64,000 bases of DNA, from contig NW_002060960.1 in the NCBI RefSeq assembly GCF_000150275.1, positions 1,068,469-1,132,468 of the forward strand, in the 5' to 3' direction. The notes beneath the pieces are model-generated. The model was not told the DNA's origin. It ran no database searches and was given only the letters and a program-made list of their open reading frames with translations. The stretch is from Trichoplax adhaerens. Lineage: Eukaryota; Animalia; Placozoa. A program made the translations under genes and the position numbers. The first letter of the stretch is position 1. Each line of letters begins with the position of its first letter. This document shows positions 1 to 15,617 of the stretch, in pieces.

Positions 1-3000
1 TAGAACTAATTCAGTTACTCGCTCATTGCATAACTTGTCGCATCAAGTAAGTCTAACTGATTAAGCGACTTGCTCAATTTATAACTTTTATTTGTATGTT
101 TGCCTGACTCTAAAAGTAACAAACATGAGTCCTGAATTGTGCTAATAGATTTAATCATCTTCCTGATATTAAAAGACTAATAATGTTTGGAAAAGAATAA
201 TATTTAGCTTAGAAGCTCAATTACAGACAAGTAGACGAACAGCCATTTCGGTCCTGCTGTCAGTCTTGAACAACTTTATTCAGAATTTTAGATGCCAACT
301 TCTCCATATTTTATGTCCGTCGCGGTCAATCAGCTCTGGCATAGAGAACGTAACAGTGCTACGCTTACGTTACTAAACTCTATTGCTAAGATACAGTAAA
401 GTATACCGTATACAGGACACCGTGTCAAAAATAATGCACACGCTAATTCTAATTGGGCCCTATACTACTGTTCTACACTACGCATCGAGTAGTTGACAAC
501 GCCATAGTGGAAGAAATTTCAGTCAGAAATATTAATGGAGTAGTTCATTCATTGCTTACCTTATTAAACAGTTATGTTGATTTATAACTTAGGAATAGTC
601 TGCAGTAGTCATCATTTTTTACTATACTCTGCATCAGGAAATGATCATCGTAACAGGTAAGTTCGTTTACTTTGCAATGGCGATAGTGATATGCTGATAT
701 TCAACAGAACTTCCTTACTTAAACCCTAACCCATGGATGTTTTCATAGTAATTTACCCAGATAGTGACAGTAAATTATGGATAATTGTTACTTGTGGGAT
801 AGATCCATTGGAAATGGAAGAAATAAGTTGGGCAGCCCCTGACTAAACGCATTGGTTTGCATCTTAATTGCAGATATTGTAGCGAATGAGAATAGCGGTA
901 GTACCAATTGATTTTATGCTTGAAAATAGACGATGTTTTAATGCTTCCAGATTTAATAGCAGACGTGCAATCAGTTTTTCTTTAGTAAAATGGATGCTAT
1001 ATCTGGAGTTGTTAATAGCTACAGTCGATCCATCGCATACAGTAGGCCAATAAATCATAGTAGATGACTTACCTTTACCATTAGGATAATAGATCCTCAA
1101 AGCTGTGGCCATGTACAGCGGGCAACAATATCGATACTATTAACTGATTTTGTACTTGACGATGAACAAAGTTGTTGATGTGCTAGTACTGTGGACAAGT
1201 TGTCCAATCGATATTTCTTAAGAAAGATCGATTGCTCTATCTCCCGTTGTTAAAAGTAACAAACTGCGTTTAGTGAACCGATTAAAGAAGTTGTTTATTC
1301 ATCGATTCCCTTTAACAAATAGTATTCTAGATATTCGACACTGTTGTCATTTCTACCATAGTAACATCAGCAAATGTAAATCATATTGTTTCGAATGGGT
1401 ATAGTCCTATGCAATCATTGGATTCCCAACCAACAACATTAGATTGACGGTATCACAACTGCTCAATAACGCAATTATTTTTATTGATAATGAATTACTT
1501 AGGCAACGTCTGCCCTAGCTTGTCTGCGATTGGATTGCAAATACTACAGCACGTAGTCATATCAGTAGTACGAACTGATTTTATGTCTTTTGGACGAGAT
1601 AGGCTGGCTTTAATATACAGCATAACACTGTTTTTGTACTTGCTGCAATTTTATGTATTCATCTTCTTGTACGATATGAATTATGGCAGTAATGCTCAAG
1701 TCATTGAACTCTTTTTTCTTATCTGCTTTCATTTTACAGATCAAGATGGCTTAGTCAGTCTCTCTTCGGGATCTACTATATATTTTACTCCATAAAAATA
1801 GCATGGTAACATGATTGCAGTTATTAATAGCCTCTACAGAGTATATTGTTTGTATTGAAGTTGAAATTGCCAATGTCTTAACTCCTTACTCGTTTGTTTA
1901 TCTGACACTTTCAATCCTGAAAGTGGATGATACTGTCATTTAAATCATGACATTTTTGTGTCATGTAGAAACACACTCAATGCATTGCACTGTAGAAGCG
2001 AATCGATTCTGACTCTTCGAGAAACAACAATCAATGATGACTGTCTTTACTCATATGATGCTGGATAGATTAGGATAATTAATCTTCCTATAGAAGTATC
2101 CTGATCTAAGCAAATGATTATTACATTTCTCTCATAGGCTGTCCAAGTGAGTCATTTCTCAAGAGTTCAGGATATTAGCGATAGGATATTTGCACTTGAT
2201 CAAATGCAGTAGCTTTGTCTTGAAAAGGGTTGATGATGAAATAAAAGCTGAAGCCTTTAATTTTATTAGTAATCTAATTAGATTTATGATTTTATCCATT
2301 GGATGCATTGTACGATATTGTCGAACTAATCGTTCTTCGTTATAGTACAACATAAAAGAAGTAACCAGTGGTCCTAACAGTACTATATACTGTATAGTAG
2401 AAATTAAAAACGTGAAGTGTGATCAAACTGTGATCTACAACGCATTCGTAACTGCTGAGTTAGAAATAAGTTAATAATTATAGTCAATCATTGCTTGCTG
2501 TTGACGGATAGATTTAGTGCTGCTGTTACCTCAAACGTAAACTCCGTTAGTGATGGTAGAAAGCACTAAAACTTATTGATTGATATGATTTGGGCTATAT
2601 TTTGCTAATATTTGCAAGGGTTAAAGCTGTAAATGGAGGTATTTCATACATGTACGATATGGCATGATTTTATGTTTAAATAACATTGATATGGCTACAT
2701 TTAGATATCATAGCAAAGAAACCAAAAGTGATGAGAATTACTAATCAGCAACGATGATCGCTTTACGTTGGCTGAAATTGGAAACGGCTACAACTAGAAT
2801 TCTTTACAAAAAAGAATACGATGAGATTTACCTTTTAAAACGACCTTCAGGTTATGTTGCTACTAACTGATAATACAGTGAATAATCTCACTCAAGTATA
2901 CAGTGCTTTTGTTCGTCTATCCTAAAATTCTAAAGCGAGGAAATATCAATAAAGTGTCGCTGATAGATATCCGTATGAATCAAGCAGCTTGTACCTATTC

Positions 3001-3548
3001 CATAAAGCACTAAGAATAAGGTATATTTTATTTAAATGTTTACACTTTTATTAATGTCATTTATCTTTTTGAATCTGAATTATACTTAGTAGCGGTATGA
3101 ATGAAAATGAATTCAAAAATTACATGTACAGTATTTACGCAAGTAACAGTGACAAACATAATTTATACGTACTAAAAACATTAATCTATCATGTACATTG
3201 ATCAGAACTATATCGTAAATTAAAGTTACCATAAGAGTGAATGATATATAATTTTAGCATTACAACAGTTGTTAGGATATGATCCTGATGTAGTTATGAA
3301 AAGAGTTAAAACATTACTATAGCATGTTCTCATAAAGACTTTCTGCAGGGTGAAATCTGATGGAAAGACAAAAATTTTTGAAATGATTAAAGTAAAAATT
3401 GCTATCCTAAAGTACCAGTATGTGCAATCATTGAATACAGCATAGCCAGAATGGAGAACAGAGTTATGCAGCGTTTGCCAACTATTTTTTCATTATAAAC
3501 TTTGAAATTAAATCTACTTGAGTGATTAAATAAAGTGTTTTAAATAAA

Positions 3549-6500
3549 TTAGTCTTCTTCTTCTTCAATCACTTCTTCATCCACCTCTTCTCCGTCGTCT
3601 TCATCAGCGCTACCTGCGTAAACCCCAGTAGTCTTTTGTGATTGGACATTCAAGTTGCGAGGCAAAGGAATGTCTAACGCTTTGTGAATGGATTCTATAG
3701 TTTTCATATTAACGTAGTACAGAATGTTCATAGATGGTATCTTCTTTCGTAACTCTTCTAGTGATTCATGAGCCTAAATAGAAAATAGAAATTCAATCTA
3801 TATTAGTCAACAATTCTTAAGACGTGATGATGAAAGTATAAGTTCGTGAACTAGACTACATTTTCAAACCTTGGAATAATTTTCTTGCTGAACATAATGA
3901 GAAATTATAGTTCCATAAATGTCGCCAATGCGAACGGCAGAATCGATATCCGGTTCGTCAATAAGTGCTTGACAGGCATTGACAGCATCATTGGGCTCAT
4001 TTTCCATTTGCCTAATTATGATATAAATTAGAAAGTAAGTATAGTATCAATTGGGTGGTTATCATCGTATCATCGTATATATATATTTGTTATATACTGC
4101 AATAAAGATAGGTACGATTAAGAGATTGGTTTTAACGGTGTCGATATGATAATAAAAAATTACTTTTTAGCTTGTATAAATTTCTTAATTAATGTTGCAC
4201 GCTGCTTTAAGGAAACCAATTTATCTTCCTGTTGCTGAGGATTTTTAACTTTTGCTTTACTGAGACATTTGTAAGCCTCAGTAAGAGCTCCAAAAGCTTT
4301 TTGATAATTTTGATATTCATCAATCTCCACCTGACAAATCAAGATCATTAGTATTTGAGAAATCATTTATACAAAAGTGAATCGTTAAAAGTTGTTAAAA
4401 TACTACTTGCTAATAATACTGCATGCTATTGACAAAAATATTTTAACGACATAGACTATCAGTACATATTTCGATTATCATAGATAGACTAACCTGAGCA
4501 CAAGCTACATAAAATCCGGATAGTAAATCCAATGCTCGACCTTTTGTGTAAAAGGTTATAATATTTTTCATTACGTCCGAATCCTTTCGCCAATCCAGCG
4601 ACTGCAGATAATTTGCAGCCATAATATATATTTCTCGTTGTCTGGATACGCCAGCAAAGAAAATAATTTTTTCTGTGTCTCCTGATTTAAGAAGTGATTT
4701 CATCGCCTTGATTTTATTGCTAGCTTGGGTAAACTTTTTGGTCGCAAGATGATACGACCCTTGTTGCATTGCGCATTCTGCAATTTTTTCCAATAATTGA
4801 TTTCGATATTCATTATCAGCGGATTCTGTCACATATGATAGAAACATAAATGATTAAATTTTACTTAAATCCATTTAGAACTAGTGTATAAATAATGTTA
4901 ACGGCCTATTAAGTACTATCTATTGCTACGTGATTCATAGTCGAATTTACTTCTTCACTACATACGAGTATAAGACACCGATATTAATTACTAGAAATTG
5001 TTTATTTGTTTAATTCACCTTTTGAGATAGTCATTTTATCCGCTACTTCTTCGGTAATGATTATATTATGTTCCATACATAATTCTAGAGCCTCATAATA
5101 CTATCAAAACAATGGATAAAGGATTATGGAATCTGCATTACTTCATGAAAATGTAAAGAAAAGCTTCTATCATATCTGAGTAGCGTTGAATCTAGCTAGA
5201 TTTTAGGAAACCGTGATAACCAACCTTTTTAGCTAAAACAAGTAAATCAATTGCTTTTTCATTTCTACCATGTTCAATGAGATATGTTGAGCACTGATTG
5301 AGAATAGCTGGGTCAGTGTTTTCATCTAAACTTTCAGCAATTGTCTCCAAGGTGGAAAATTGCTTTGCTTGAAAGCATAGATCCAAGGCTTTTGCAACTT
5401 CTCCTCCCTAAATATTATATTAAAGAATTGTTAAACTCACTAAAGCCCAAACCATAGCTTTCTCGTTCTTTACATTTAGTTTCCATTAATGTAGTTGACT
5501 GTTTCTATGAATTACAAGCATAAATTGCACATTTTATACTATCATTCTATCAATACCTTATAATACAACACTATAGCCTTATCTAAGGTGTCTTGCTTTG
5601 ATTCGTAGAATCTGTAATAATTTAGCATATTTAACAGCAAAATTAAATTAATTTGTTATTTGAAAAAATATTAAGACTAAATGATGATATTAAGAGAAAG
5701 AAGAGATGAAATACAGCTCAGTATATCATACAAAACTAATAACCACGTAAAACATCTTCATTTAACTTACGTTGCTACATCTACCATGTCACGACTGGAG
5801 CTTAGTAATGCAAGATTCATTAAATCGCCTTCCATTTCATTTTCCTACGGTGATTAAAATCAAGACAAACAGGAATTGATTTGTTTAGCTGATATTTGCA
5901 TTTATATATTGGAGAATTTGTTAATTGTTGCTATAAATGGTATTGCTAAAATAATAAATATTAGCATCTTTGCCTTAGCTAAGCGAATGGCATTGCTATA
6001 GCTTTGAGCTCGGGTATAGAAATGAATAGCTTCACGTATTTTTCCCTAATTAAATAAGACATGGATGTGAAAAATAGTTATTAAGATGTAACTTTACTAG
6101 AAATTCCAGCTGCTGTAACTGTAAGTACGAATATGTCATTATAGACTAACTTCATTTTCGTGTTGTCTCGCAAGATGATATGAGGCAGCCAAATCTCCTG
6201 TAGTATTAGCAATTTCTGCGGCCTGATTTATGTAATTCAGTATAAAAATAAGAATATTTGGAAGGGTATCATACACCAATTGACACGTAAATCTATAGTA
6301 AGTGAAATAAATTGAACACACTTATCAATTTATACTATAAAAAGACCTTATCAATGTCGCCAGAGTAGCAATAAATGCGAACGAGGGATAAAGAATCATG
6401 AGCTGATTCATAAAATCGTATTGCCTCTTCCAATTCACCTTTTCCTTCCATGTATTGAGCCCACCATTTCTTTAGTTGTCTGTTTTAAATTATCAAATCA

Positions 6501-9500
6501 TTGCTATTACTGACGATTACATTAAACATTCTCACGATATTACTATAACACGTACGGATCCTGTGATTTCAGAACATAATTTCTTAATCTTTCTAAATCA
6601 TCTAGTAATAATCTAGGTACGTCAAACAGCTGAGTCCCTGCTTTTTCATATCTAGTTTAGAAATTGTGAAAAAAACACGTATAAAATTGGAAGACTAATT
6701 CATATTTATACAGTGTATGTCGAATATGCAAATATTCTAATATGTTGTAAGTAATACGGTCAAAAGTTAAATGGAACACATATAACATATTCTGGACATT
6801 CACACATAACACTAACTCGCTAATAGCTGTTGATATTTGTCCCATAGCCTCCAATTGTTTAGCAAAGTTGTAATGAGTTGTTCTTAGATGGATGCGATCG
6901 AACCTTTCAGCCACATCAATTGCCTATTGACAGTGTTCATAAAAGATTAAGAATTAATTTTAATCTTAAGCCAACTGTTAACAACAAAGTTTATCGGCAG
7001 AATATCATACCTTCTTCCACTGTCCGCTAGCTTGATAGAAGTTATTAAGTAAATCAAATCTATTGCATTCTTTGTATAACTTTTCAGCTTCATCCTATTA
7101 CAAAAATATTCGCTGCTTTAGGGATATCAGCAAAATGGGGAAAATAGCGACCACGGTACTGTAAGACTATACAGATGTAAATTAGTATTTAGTATTTTGT
7201 AATTTACCAGTTGGCCTAGCTGAATTGCCAATGTAGCAAGTTGGCATTCAATTTCTGGTTCTTTTTTGGCTTCTCGTAGTGCTCGCGAACCTCTTGCATG
7301 CCCCATATTACCAAGACATACAGAAGCAACATCCAGTCGACGTGTTTTTATGCACATACGAGCTAGATTTTCCCAAACAGTCTCGCTAAGAAATACGATT
7401 CAAATCAGGATTAAAGTGGCCCATGATTCATTGACTGTACTATGTAGAAATATAATCAGAAATAAATACCTTTTAATGGCCTTGATCGCTTTGAAAGCTT
7501 CATCCATATTTCCAGTTGTTAAGTTAAAACTAAAGTTCATCATGGCTTTCATAGTGGTTTCATCACTATCTTCAAGACCTATGAAATCTCTCATTACTAC
7601 TCTTCCGACATAGGGAAAAGTTTTTGCATTGTCTTCACTATCACTTTTTCTGGATGGGTGGACATCGTCAATTTCAGATAGCTAGATTAGATAATGAAAT
7701 CATGTAGAATTTGTAATAATAACTTAATAAAGTTGTGATGTTTAGGAAAAACTTAGCTAGTTTTGCTACCATAACTTCTGTACTTCGCAAAGTTTTACAT
7801 ACCTTCTTTAGAAAGAAATAATAAGGCGACCCAATTCCCAGTAAGCCTTACACAACAAATAAATACATCAGCTAAAGTTTAACTGTTAAAGGTTATATTA
7901 AATCTGATCAGAGCCATTTTTTGTTAGTTATTCAAAAAAATAGCCTCATCGCATTTAAAAATTTCTAGATCGTGACAATCACAAAGATATTAAATCCATC
8001 TATCGATTCTAACTTAATGCATTATAGTATAGATAGGAATTCATCAACTAATTTTAACAGCATAAGTATAGCCCAAGAATTTGACTTTCTGTTATTATTA
8101 GAGTAAAATCATAGCATTAAAGTTTACGTATTATTTTTATTTGCCTCTAATTTAAATATCGATCTATACCATTACAGATAGAAAATCATAATTTTAAATT
8201 TTAGTAGCAGTAATACATTTAAATCTATAATAAAGTGCAAGTTCGAAGTATTAGGGCATTAATTCTTTCAACAAGTAGAATTTTATCTGATGTCTTAAAC
8301 TGTTCTCTTTAGGAGCTGTAGTTGACTGGGTTACATTATAAACTAATATAGAGCTTACTTTGAAAGCTGGTTTCCACATTTGACGATTCTTGGAGCACAA
8401 CGCCGTTCTCAGGCGTGCTAAATAAGGTGGCAATCTTAGTTGTCTAGAAATTGTAACCAATAGTAATAATTTTAGTTCAACCTGTTATTCTGAGCTAAAG
8501 CAGTAAATGCATTAAAAAGTAAGTCAAGCAGCTGATGAAATTGTACTCTAAATAAATCTTAATAATAAAATAAATGAATGTAATGACCGACTTAAAAGTG
8601 TACCTTGTTAGAAGTCTTGTTATTATCGCTAGCTTGATCATTTTTAGACTTTCGATATAATGACGCATTATGATCATGATTTATATAACTTGGAATTAAC
8701 TCACAAGCTAATAATTTCACTTCTTTAGAATCCCAATAATGATTGACAGGTATACAGCGTTGAATCTCAGGTTCTTTATTGGCATTATTCTTACGATTTT
8801 TACTACGATGATCAGTACTTTCCCATTTGCAAAAGTCAAAGCCCTGTATACTGTCTACTTCAGTTTCCCAAACATAAAGGACTGGCGATGGGTCTCCATT
8901 CGTCTAATAATAGACAATGATATACTTTAGTTAAGATATAGAATCAGATCATAAAATCGATATTCGATAAGACATTTCGTGACACTTTATATCGTGAAAT
9001 CAATGCCATAAAACCAGTAGGATTTTATGTAATTGCTCAGAAATGTCATTTATAACAGAATTACGCGCATTAATTCCATGTATATTCATGCTACGCAAAT
9101 AAGTAATTTAGACATCTATGTAGCTGCACTGTTTGCTTCTTTAATTACTGACAAGGCAAATATTGAATTTCATTTTACATACATTATTCATACTTATACA
9201 ATTATAGAAGATCACATATTGTAAATTTTCTTACTTGACGAGTTATAAAGCTAACTTTGCTTCCACTGCAATTGCAACGAATTGAGGTAATCTGACTGAA
9301 CTTGGGTATAGATTCTGCGACAAATTTGGGGTTACAATGTTGCCTAGCCTCTCTATATAACATAAAATCGCATCATAAGCAGCAGCAAAACTAGTTTTAC
9401 AGTAAATGAAATAAAAGTCGCTGTTTGTATATTACCTCCTTGATAAATCAAAGACTTTAATATATCCTGCACTACTTGCAGCACATAAATAGTTTCCACA

Positions 9501-12500
9501 AATATCGATCACAACTGGATCGCCTTCAGTCTCAGCAAAAGTTAGCAATTGCTTGACAATTCCCTATATACAAAGTGTGAAAAAATGAATCTTATGTTTC
9601 GTAGAACGATTTAATATTAGGGTACTGTAGCACGATATCAATTCATCGTTCTGCCAAATCGAACTTGATTAGCACCTGAAAATTCCTGACTTGAATATTA
9701 TTGCCTTCACCAATATAAACGCTATCAGCATGTAGTGCAATAATAAAGGAATTGGTAGAGAAAGATCCTAAACAGTCGGAAGAAAGTAAAACTTTAGTCT
9801 TATTGTTATTTCGAAAGTTAGTGTTCAGTATTAGTGAATTGTCTATAGTAAAATGATTAACCTGCCGCTCTGGCAAATTGCTTATCCCTAGAAACTTCGT
9901 ATATTACTAGCTGCGAACCGTTCCAGACTGCCACTTTATCCTATGCAGAATATTTTATTACTATATGATGTCTTACCCAAGGAAATAAGATACTGTTATA
10001 ATCCTTAGTTAAGCGAATATACGTACTTTACAAGCAAAAATGCCCTTTATGTGAATATCAGTCTTTAATTCCTGTAGCATTTGTGTCCCATAGCAATAAA
10101 TAGATAATTGACTTGGAGACACTTGAATTGCAGCAACATCGTCACCGAAGTGGTGGCTCATAATCTGTTCACTTAATATATAAGCAGCGATTCCGGTTCT
10201 GGTAGCAATTAATGTTCCAGAAGCATCCCACTGCATGACACGTATACATAAAAGCATTACGCAATTTTCTTCTAATATTATTATCACGGCATTAAAATAA
10301 TTTAAATCAGTTAATTTCAGTCGTACAATCTGATACTAACCCCAATTTGTAGTAAATCGCCTGTTTCTAAAGAAGTAGGTGTTTGCATCTCCCAGCAATT
10401 CTCGTTGTCATCTTGTGATGAAATTGGTGCCGTCCTTTTCCAAGTAACAACACGGCCATTATTCGTACCAGCAGCCAAAATTCCTTACGTAGTATGATTT
10501 TCATGAATAAATTTGTATTCGCAGTATATAATTTGGTCTAGTTTTGATCATTATATATATAACAGTAGGATTGCTGCATATTCAAACAGAAGAGACAAGT
10601 ACCTTTTTTGAGATCGTAAGCAATACAGCTAACGTGTTCGCTGGAAGTAAATGCGTGGCCTTCTAATCGTAATTTGTAATTTTTTTCCGTATTCAAATCC
10701 CACATTCTATATTATTTGCGTAAGTTACGGAATTATTAGTCAAGGAATTATAAAGCAATATGATAGATGTTCTTACAGAACTTAGCAATCATTACAAAAA
10801 TTCACAGTTAGGACTTCTAATCAATACCTAACAAGATTTTCGCCAGATGTGGTTGCTAAAATTCCATCTATGGTCCATATAACGTCACAATGAGGTGAAT
10901 TGCCTTTCGTTAGCTTCACCTTTAATTCCGTTGTTAATGAGTATTTGTAAAAGTTGCAATGTATTTTATAGTTTATCAGAAATTAAATATGACTTGATTA
11001 CAATTATATCAGTATGATTTCGTAATATGTATTAAACCTGAGAGATTTCATTTGCTACTCCATCAGCGGAAACACCAAATTGTGATAGCATTAAATTTTT
11101 GGTAATGGCAACTATGATTCCTTTCTTCGGGAAGAAAGAAAGGAATAAGATAGGTCCCTCAACAGAAAATGAGGGAGAAAAATTATTTTTTCCATCGAAA
11201 TACCAAACAGCGCCTGTAATGACATAGAGATTGTTACTCAAAAATAAATATGTTTAAATAGATTGTACGATCAACTTTGCTTATTCAATTTATAGATTGA
11301 GGTGACAGCTCACAATTTTAGTTAACTACACAGTTGTATATTGTATTATCCTATAAATTGATAACTGCGACGATTTACACTCAATACCTTCAGAACCGCC
11401 AAAGTAGCAAGAATAAGCTTGAGCTTCTATAGAAGCTACGATAGATTCTCCTTTTTTGTCGCTGCTACTGCCCCAATTAAATCGGTCTAAGGCGTTTTCG
11501 TCGCCACTGACCGCTGCTCTCGCCAAATCACTTAAATTGCTAAGTTAAAAGAATAGACATATTGTTTTTATCGCATATGCTTTTTGCAATAACGTTGAAT
11601 AGAACCTACTTTTCCGGAATTAACGAACTTTTATCAATCTAATTGTGGATGCTTTAGTCACATATTTAGGCTCCTAATTGCTATACTAATTCTTTCAATA
11701 ACTGCAAGAGTTTATATTTTCGAAAAACGCTATTTCATTTTTAAGCTTGCATAATGGTGTATAGAACGTATACGTAAGTTAGATTATTTTTTTCTTGATA
11801 TTATAATGCAATTAGACCAGTAGATAATAATTAATTTATTAATTATTACTTACAGTAGACAATAATATGATTGATCAGATTGACGAGGCTAATGCCCCAA
11901 CTCGTTTGCTTTTGCGTACTGCTGTAAGTTACACATTCAGAGGTTCTACTCTATACCCTAATAGTAATATCTACGAATTATAGAGTTTAATCATGTTATA
12001 ACAGCACTTTAAGTGGCTATGTACGGAAAGAACTATGCGATTATAAGTCTATTCTCAAAATATACTAGCAAAAATTCTGTCACTAAAACTTGGTAATTGC
12101 TGTAGAATATTCATGAGCATTAATGCATAGCTTTACTGGAGACATACTCTGAAAGACCTTTCGTCGATTTGAATACACAGTTCGTTATGGACTGCATAGG
12201 GGAAATATCATACTGTTGAACAGGAATTTTTTGTACACAGCCCTTCATATCTGCCTTCCATATTACAAAATGGCCGTTCTGAATGTTAAAATATAAGTCA
12301 AATGGTTTAGAATTTTTGCTGCTAAGTGTGGTAGAATGAAAATCATTCAGATAATTTAGACTTTATGAAGAATGCAACTAACGGTCGAATCTTAACAAAC
12401 CTCATCACCACTGACTAATGAGTTTCCATGCCCATTCCAACTTATAACACTAACACATGTCTTATGAGACTGATTTAAAATGATTTGACTATTGTCTTGC

Positions 12501-13708
12501 TTTAACCATATAATTATTTCACCATTGTCCCACCCAACAGCCAGAACATCACGATGAGGATGCCACTCAATGTAGCTAACCGATGATTGCTTCTGGATAG
12601 TTATATCTTCCATCAGTTCACCCTTTCATGAAAGAAAGCAAGGACAATGTTACTAATGCAGGAAGGTCTTATTTTATCATCATGCTAGAGAATTAATTAA
12701 CCTGGTATTTAACGGAAAGTTTTATATGGGCGACATATTTTTAAGCAGAAAGTTATTCTATATTCACAGTTACTACAGTTAAGAGTTTGGAGGTATAAAA
12801 TTTGCTATTATTGCTTGTATTTATTCCGAGATAACTAAATTAATTTGTTTTTCAAGACACATTTAACAATTTTTTGAAAATTAACAGTATGTAAAATTAC
12901 TAATAGAAATAAAACGTGCAACATCATAGAAAATACTTGAAGATTATTATCACTTAAATTTAATACTGTACGTCTAGGAACCTTTAAGTTTTCGCAATTA
13001 ACTACCTAAAATCCTAGGTTAATCATTTTTATCTTAAAATTGCACTCAAATCAAATATGCATTGCCACAATTAAGTTTCTACCAGCGAAAATGTTAGTAA
13101 TATAAAGTAAAATGACAGTTCATCCTGATACTGAATTGAATATAATTTATTATGATTGAAAATGATATTTTATCCTGGATTCAACTTTGGATACATAAAG
13201 TACGCATATGATTGCATACTTTGGATGTGGCGATAATTTCTTCGTACGTTATTTTTAAAAGATTTTAAACTGGAAATATTACAGTAAAATTATAACATAG
13301 AAAATAGATGTAATCTTGTTGATATGTAAAGAAAAGTACAGAGAAATTGTGGCAATTTAATCAGAATTAGCTTGCTTGCGGTATTGAATTTTAAATGTTT
13401 CGTTTTTAATTCTATTTTTAAACTACATATTCAGTCATGCAGGTAAAATAGTGTAGCTTATCAAAATGTGGTCATTGTCCCTGTTGCCAATGATTTTATG
13501 GTGCATAGCCATGTTCACAAGGCTAACTGGTACATTAGTCATTATTTTTCGGTGATCTTACCTCATTACTGTAAATATTAACTTCTCCAGAGACTTCATC
13601 TCGCCCCTTAACGGCAACAGCAAGTAATTGACTAACTGTGTGCCAAGCTATCTTGGTATTAAATCCTTCAGAAGGCGCATTAAGCTTCTTGTCAAAGTAT
13701 ACAGCCAT
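3549..13708 (-). CDS. IFT140: Intraflagellar transport protein 140 (IFT-A core; WD40 + TPR), multi-exon
   Basis: Spliced exons translate to typical IFT140 segments: MAVYFD..., [179 protein letters not shown]. Ends in an acidic tail with stop at 3549. ATG at 13708; the checked junctions are GT-AG. Confidence 0.97.
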
Positions 13709-14814
13709 CGTTCACCTTGATTTTGTCAGATCTTTTTATGGTATTGATAATGCCTTGTAACTATAAAATATAAAACGTTTGAGTAGCGCAAAATAAGTCC
13801 ATTCTAAGGTCGAGAAAGTATTAAATTACTAGCACCTTGAGTTTAATAAGATTACGAATGAATATCTACATCTCTTTTAGGTGGTTTTTTATTCGACTTA
13901 GGTGGCTATAGTATCGAAATGGGTATGGAATTTGGGACTATTTTATACTGATGTAAGTAATACCGTACTGTATATCACTATTGTAACTGAGTTTGTTAGT
14001 TTAAATTTGCGTTGATGAACACTACATTGCTGCTAAGAAAAACAGGCGAACTAAAGCCGATATCGCGTAGTCTTCAATTATTTCACTATCCCTTACTAAC
14101 TAGAGATAGAACAGCATGCAGGAATAATTTAAAATTGAATCGTTTATGTTGATGTTCTAGATAACAGAGAAATCGATATTCTAAAATTGCTTCAACAATG
14201 GTTGTAAAATAGATATACAGTACATACCTGAACATAAAATAGCTAACCCGATAGACACCAAGGATGATGTCTTCTAAATACACAAGATTAAGCTTTGGAG
14301 TATCGTAAACTTTAATTTGAGATCCAATTCCAATATTGAAAAGGGGAATGACGGCGTGTTAAATAATTTTTATGCTATCTAAAAGGATATCAAGCCTCGT
14401 TCAACGTGATATGTTGCCTCCAATGGATTTGAATAGGTTAGTGTATTCAGTGATGATCATAGAAATGTTTGATTCATACCAGTTTCAGATTAGTGTCTTT
14501 ATTCCAGCATTATTGCCTATACTCGCCCTAATCCAGTATTTGTATCGCAGGCTACCCCGACGTCGTTATTAGCAACACTTGCCGATGCGGATAAAATGCT
14601 TTTGACCATTTGGTAAACATGACAACGCCGACTTAGAACGGTATCCTGTACTCTAGAGGATCGATCTGCGAACTGCGCAGGTACGGTGTTGTTCAGTGCT
14701 CACTACAGTACATTCCACTACAGTGTACAGTATAGTACTGTGTTAACTGTACAGTACTGTACTGTACTTAAAGTACTGTAATCCTTTACTCCAACTTTTC
14801 ATATGATGATGCTC

Positions 14815-15617
14815 GTCTCTTTCTGAACCCATGTAAAAAGGATTGAGCATGGAGTTCTCATTAGTTCAACTTTGAACGATTTAATGTATATATATGCGAT
14901 ATATACATTATATCATCATCATCATCATGTCTCTTTCTGAACCCATGTGAAAAGGATTGAGCATGGAGTTCTCAGTAGTTCAATTTTGAACGATTTAATG
15001 TATATGTATATGATATATAGATATATACAGTACATTATATCATTATCATCATGTCTCTTTCTGAACCCATGTCAAAAGGATTGAGCATGGAGTTCTCAGT
15101 AGTTCAACTTTGAACGATTTAATGTATATGCGATATATACATTATATCATCATCATCATCATGTCTCTTTCTGAACCCATGTCAAAAGGATTGAGCATGG
15201 AGTTCTCAGTAGTTCAATTTTGAACGATTTAATGTATATGTATATGATATATAGATATATACAGTACATTATATCATTATCATCATGTCTCTTTCTGAAC
15301 CCATGTCAAAAGGATTGAGCATGGAGTTCTCAGTAGTTCAACTTTGAACGATTTAATGTATATGTAACATATACATTATATCATCATCATCACGTCTCTT
15401 TCTGAACCCATGTTTAAAGGGATTGAGCATGGAGTTCTCAGTAGTTCAACTTTAAACGATTTAATTTATATATATATGATATATAGATATATACATTATA
15501 TCATTATCATCATGTCTCTTTCTGAACCCACGTAAAAGGATTGAGCATGGAGTTCTCAGTAGTTCCAACTTTGAATGATTTAATGTATATATGATATATA
15601 GATATATATATTATACA
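14815..15617. repeat. Tandem array of 7 units (about 77-bp conserved core plus variable (TA)n/(CAT)n segment)
   Basis: The core GTCTCTTTCTGAACCCATG...GGATTGAGCATGGAGTTCTCAGTAGTTCAA(C/T)TTTGAACGATTTAATGTATAT starts at 14815, 14929, 15053, 15163, 15287, 15394 and 15514. Periods are 114, 124, 110, 124, 107 and 120 bp. Confidence 0.97.

Noticed and set aside
720-1112. ORF 864-1112 and its stop-interrupted continuation as a gene or pseudogene
   Set aside because: The composition looks coding-like, but no family motif was recognised and there are several stops. It cannot be supported without a homology search.
7266-8930. Plus-strand ORFs 7266-7613 and 8739-8930 (likewise antisense ORFs 28453-28698, 36126-36326, 56509-56751)
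   Set aside because: These are antisense shadows of real exons on the opposite strand.
14815-15617. CRISPR-like array interpretation
   Set aside because: The variable segments are related microsatellite variants rather than unique spacers, the core is too long, the context is eukaryotic and no cas genes are present.
14815-15617. Hammerhead ribozyme in the repeat (minus strand CTGAGA...stem...GAAA)
   Set aside because: The core is not CUGANGA, and no stem I/III or NUH cleavage site could be assembled.
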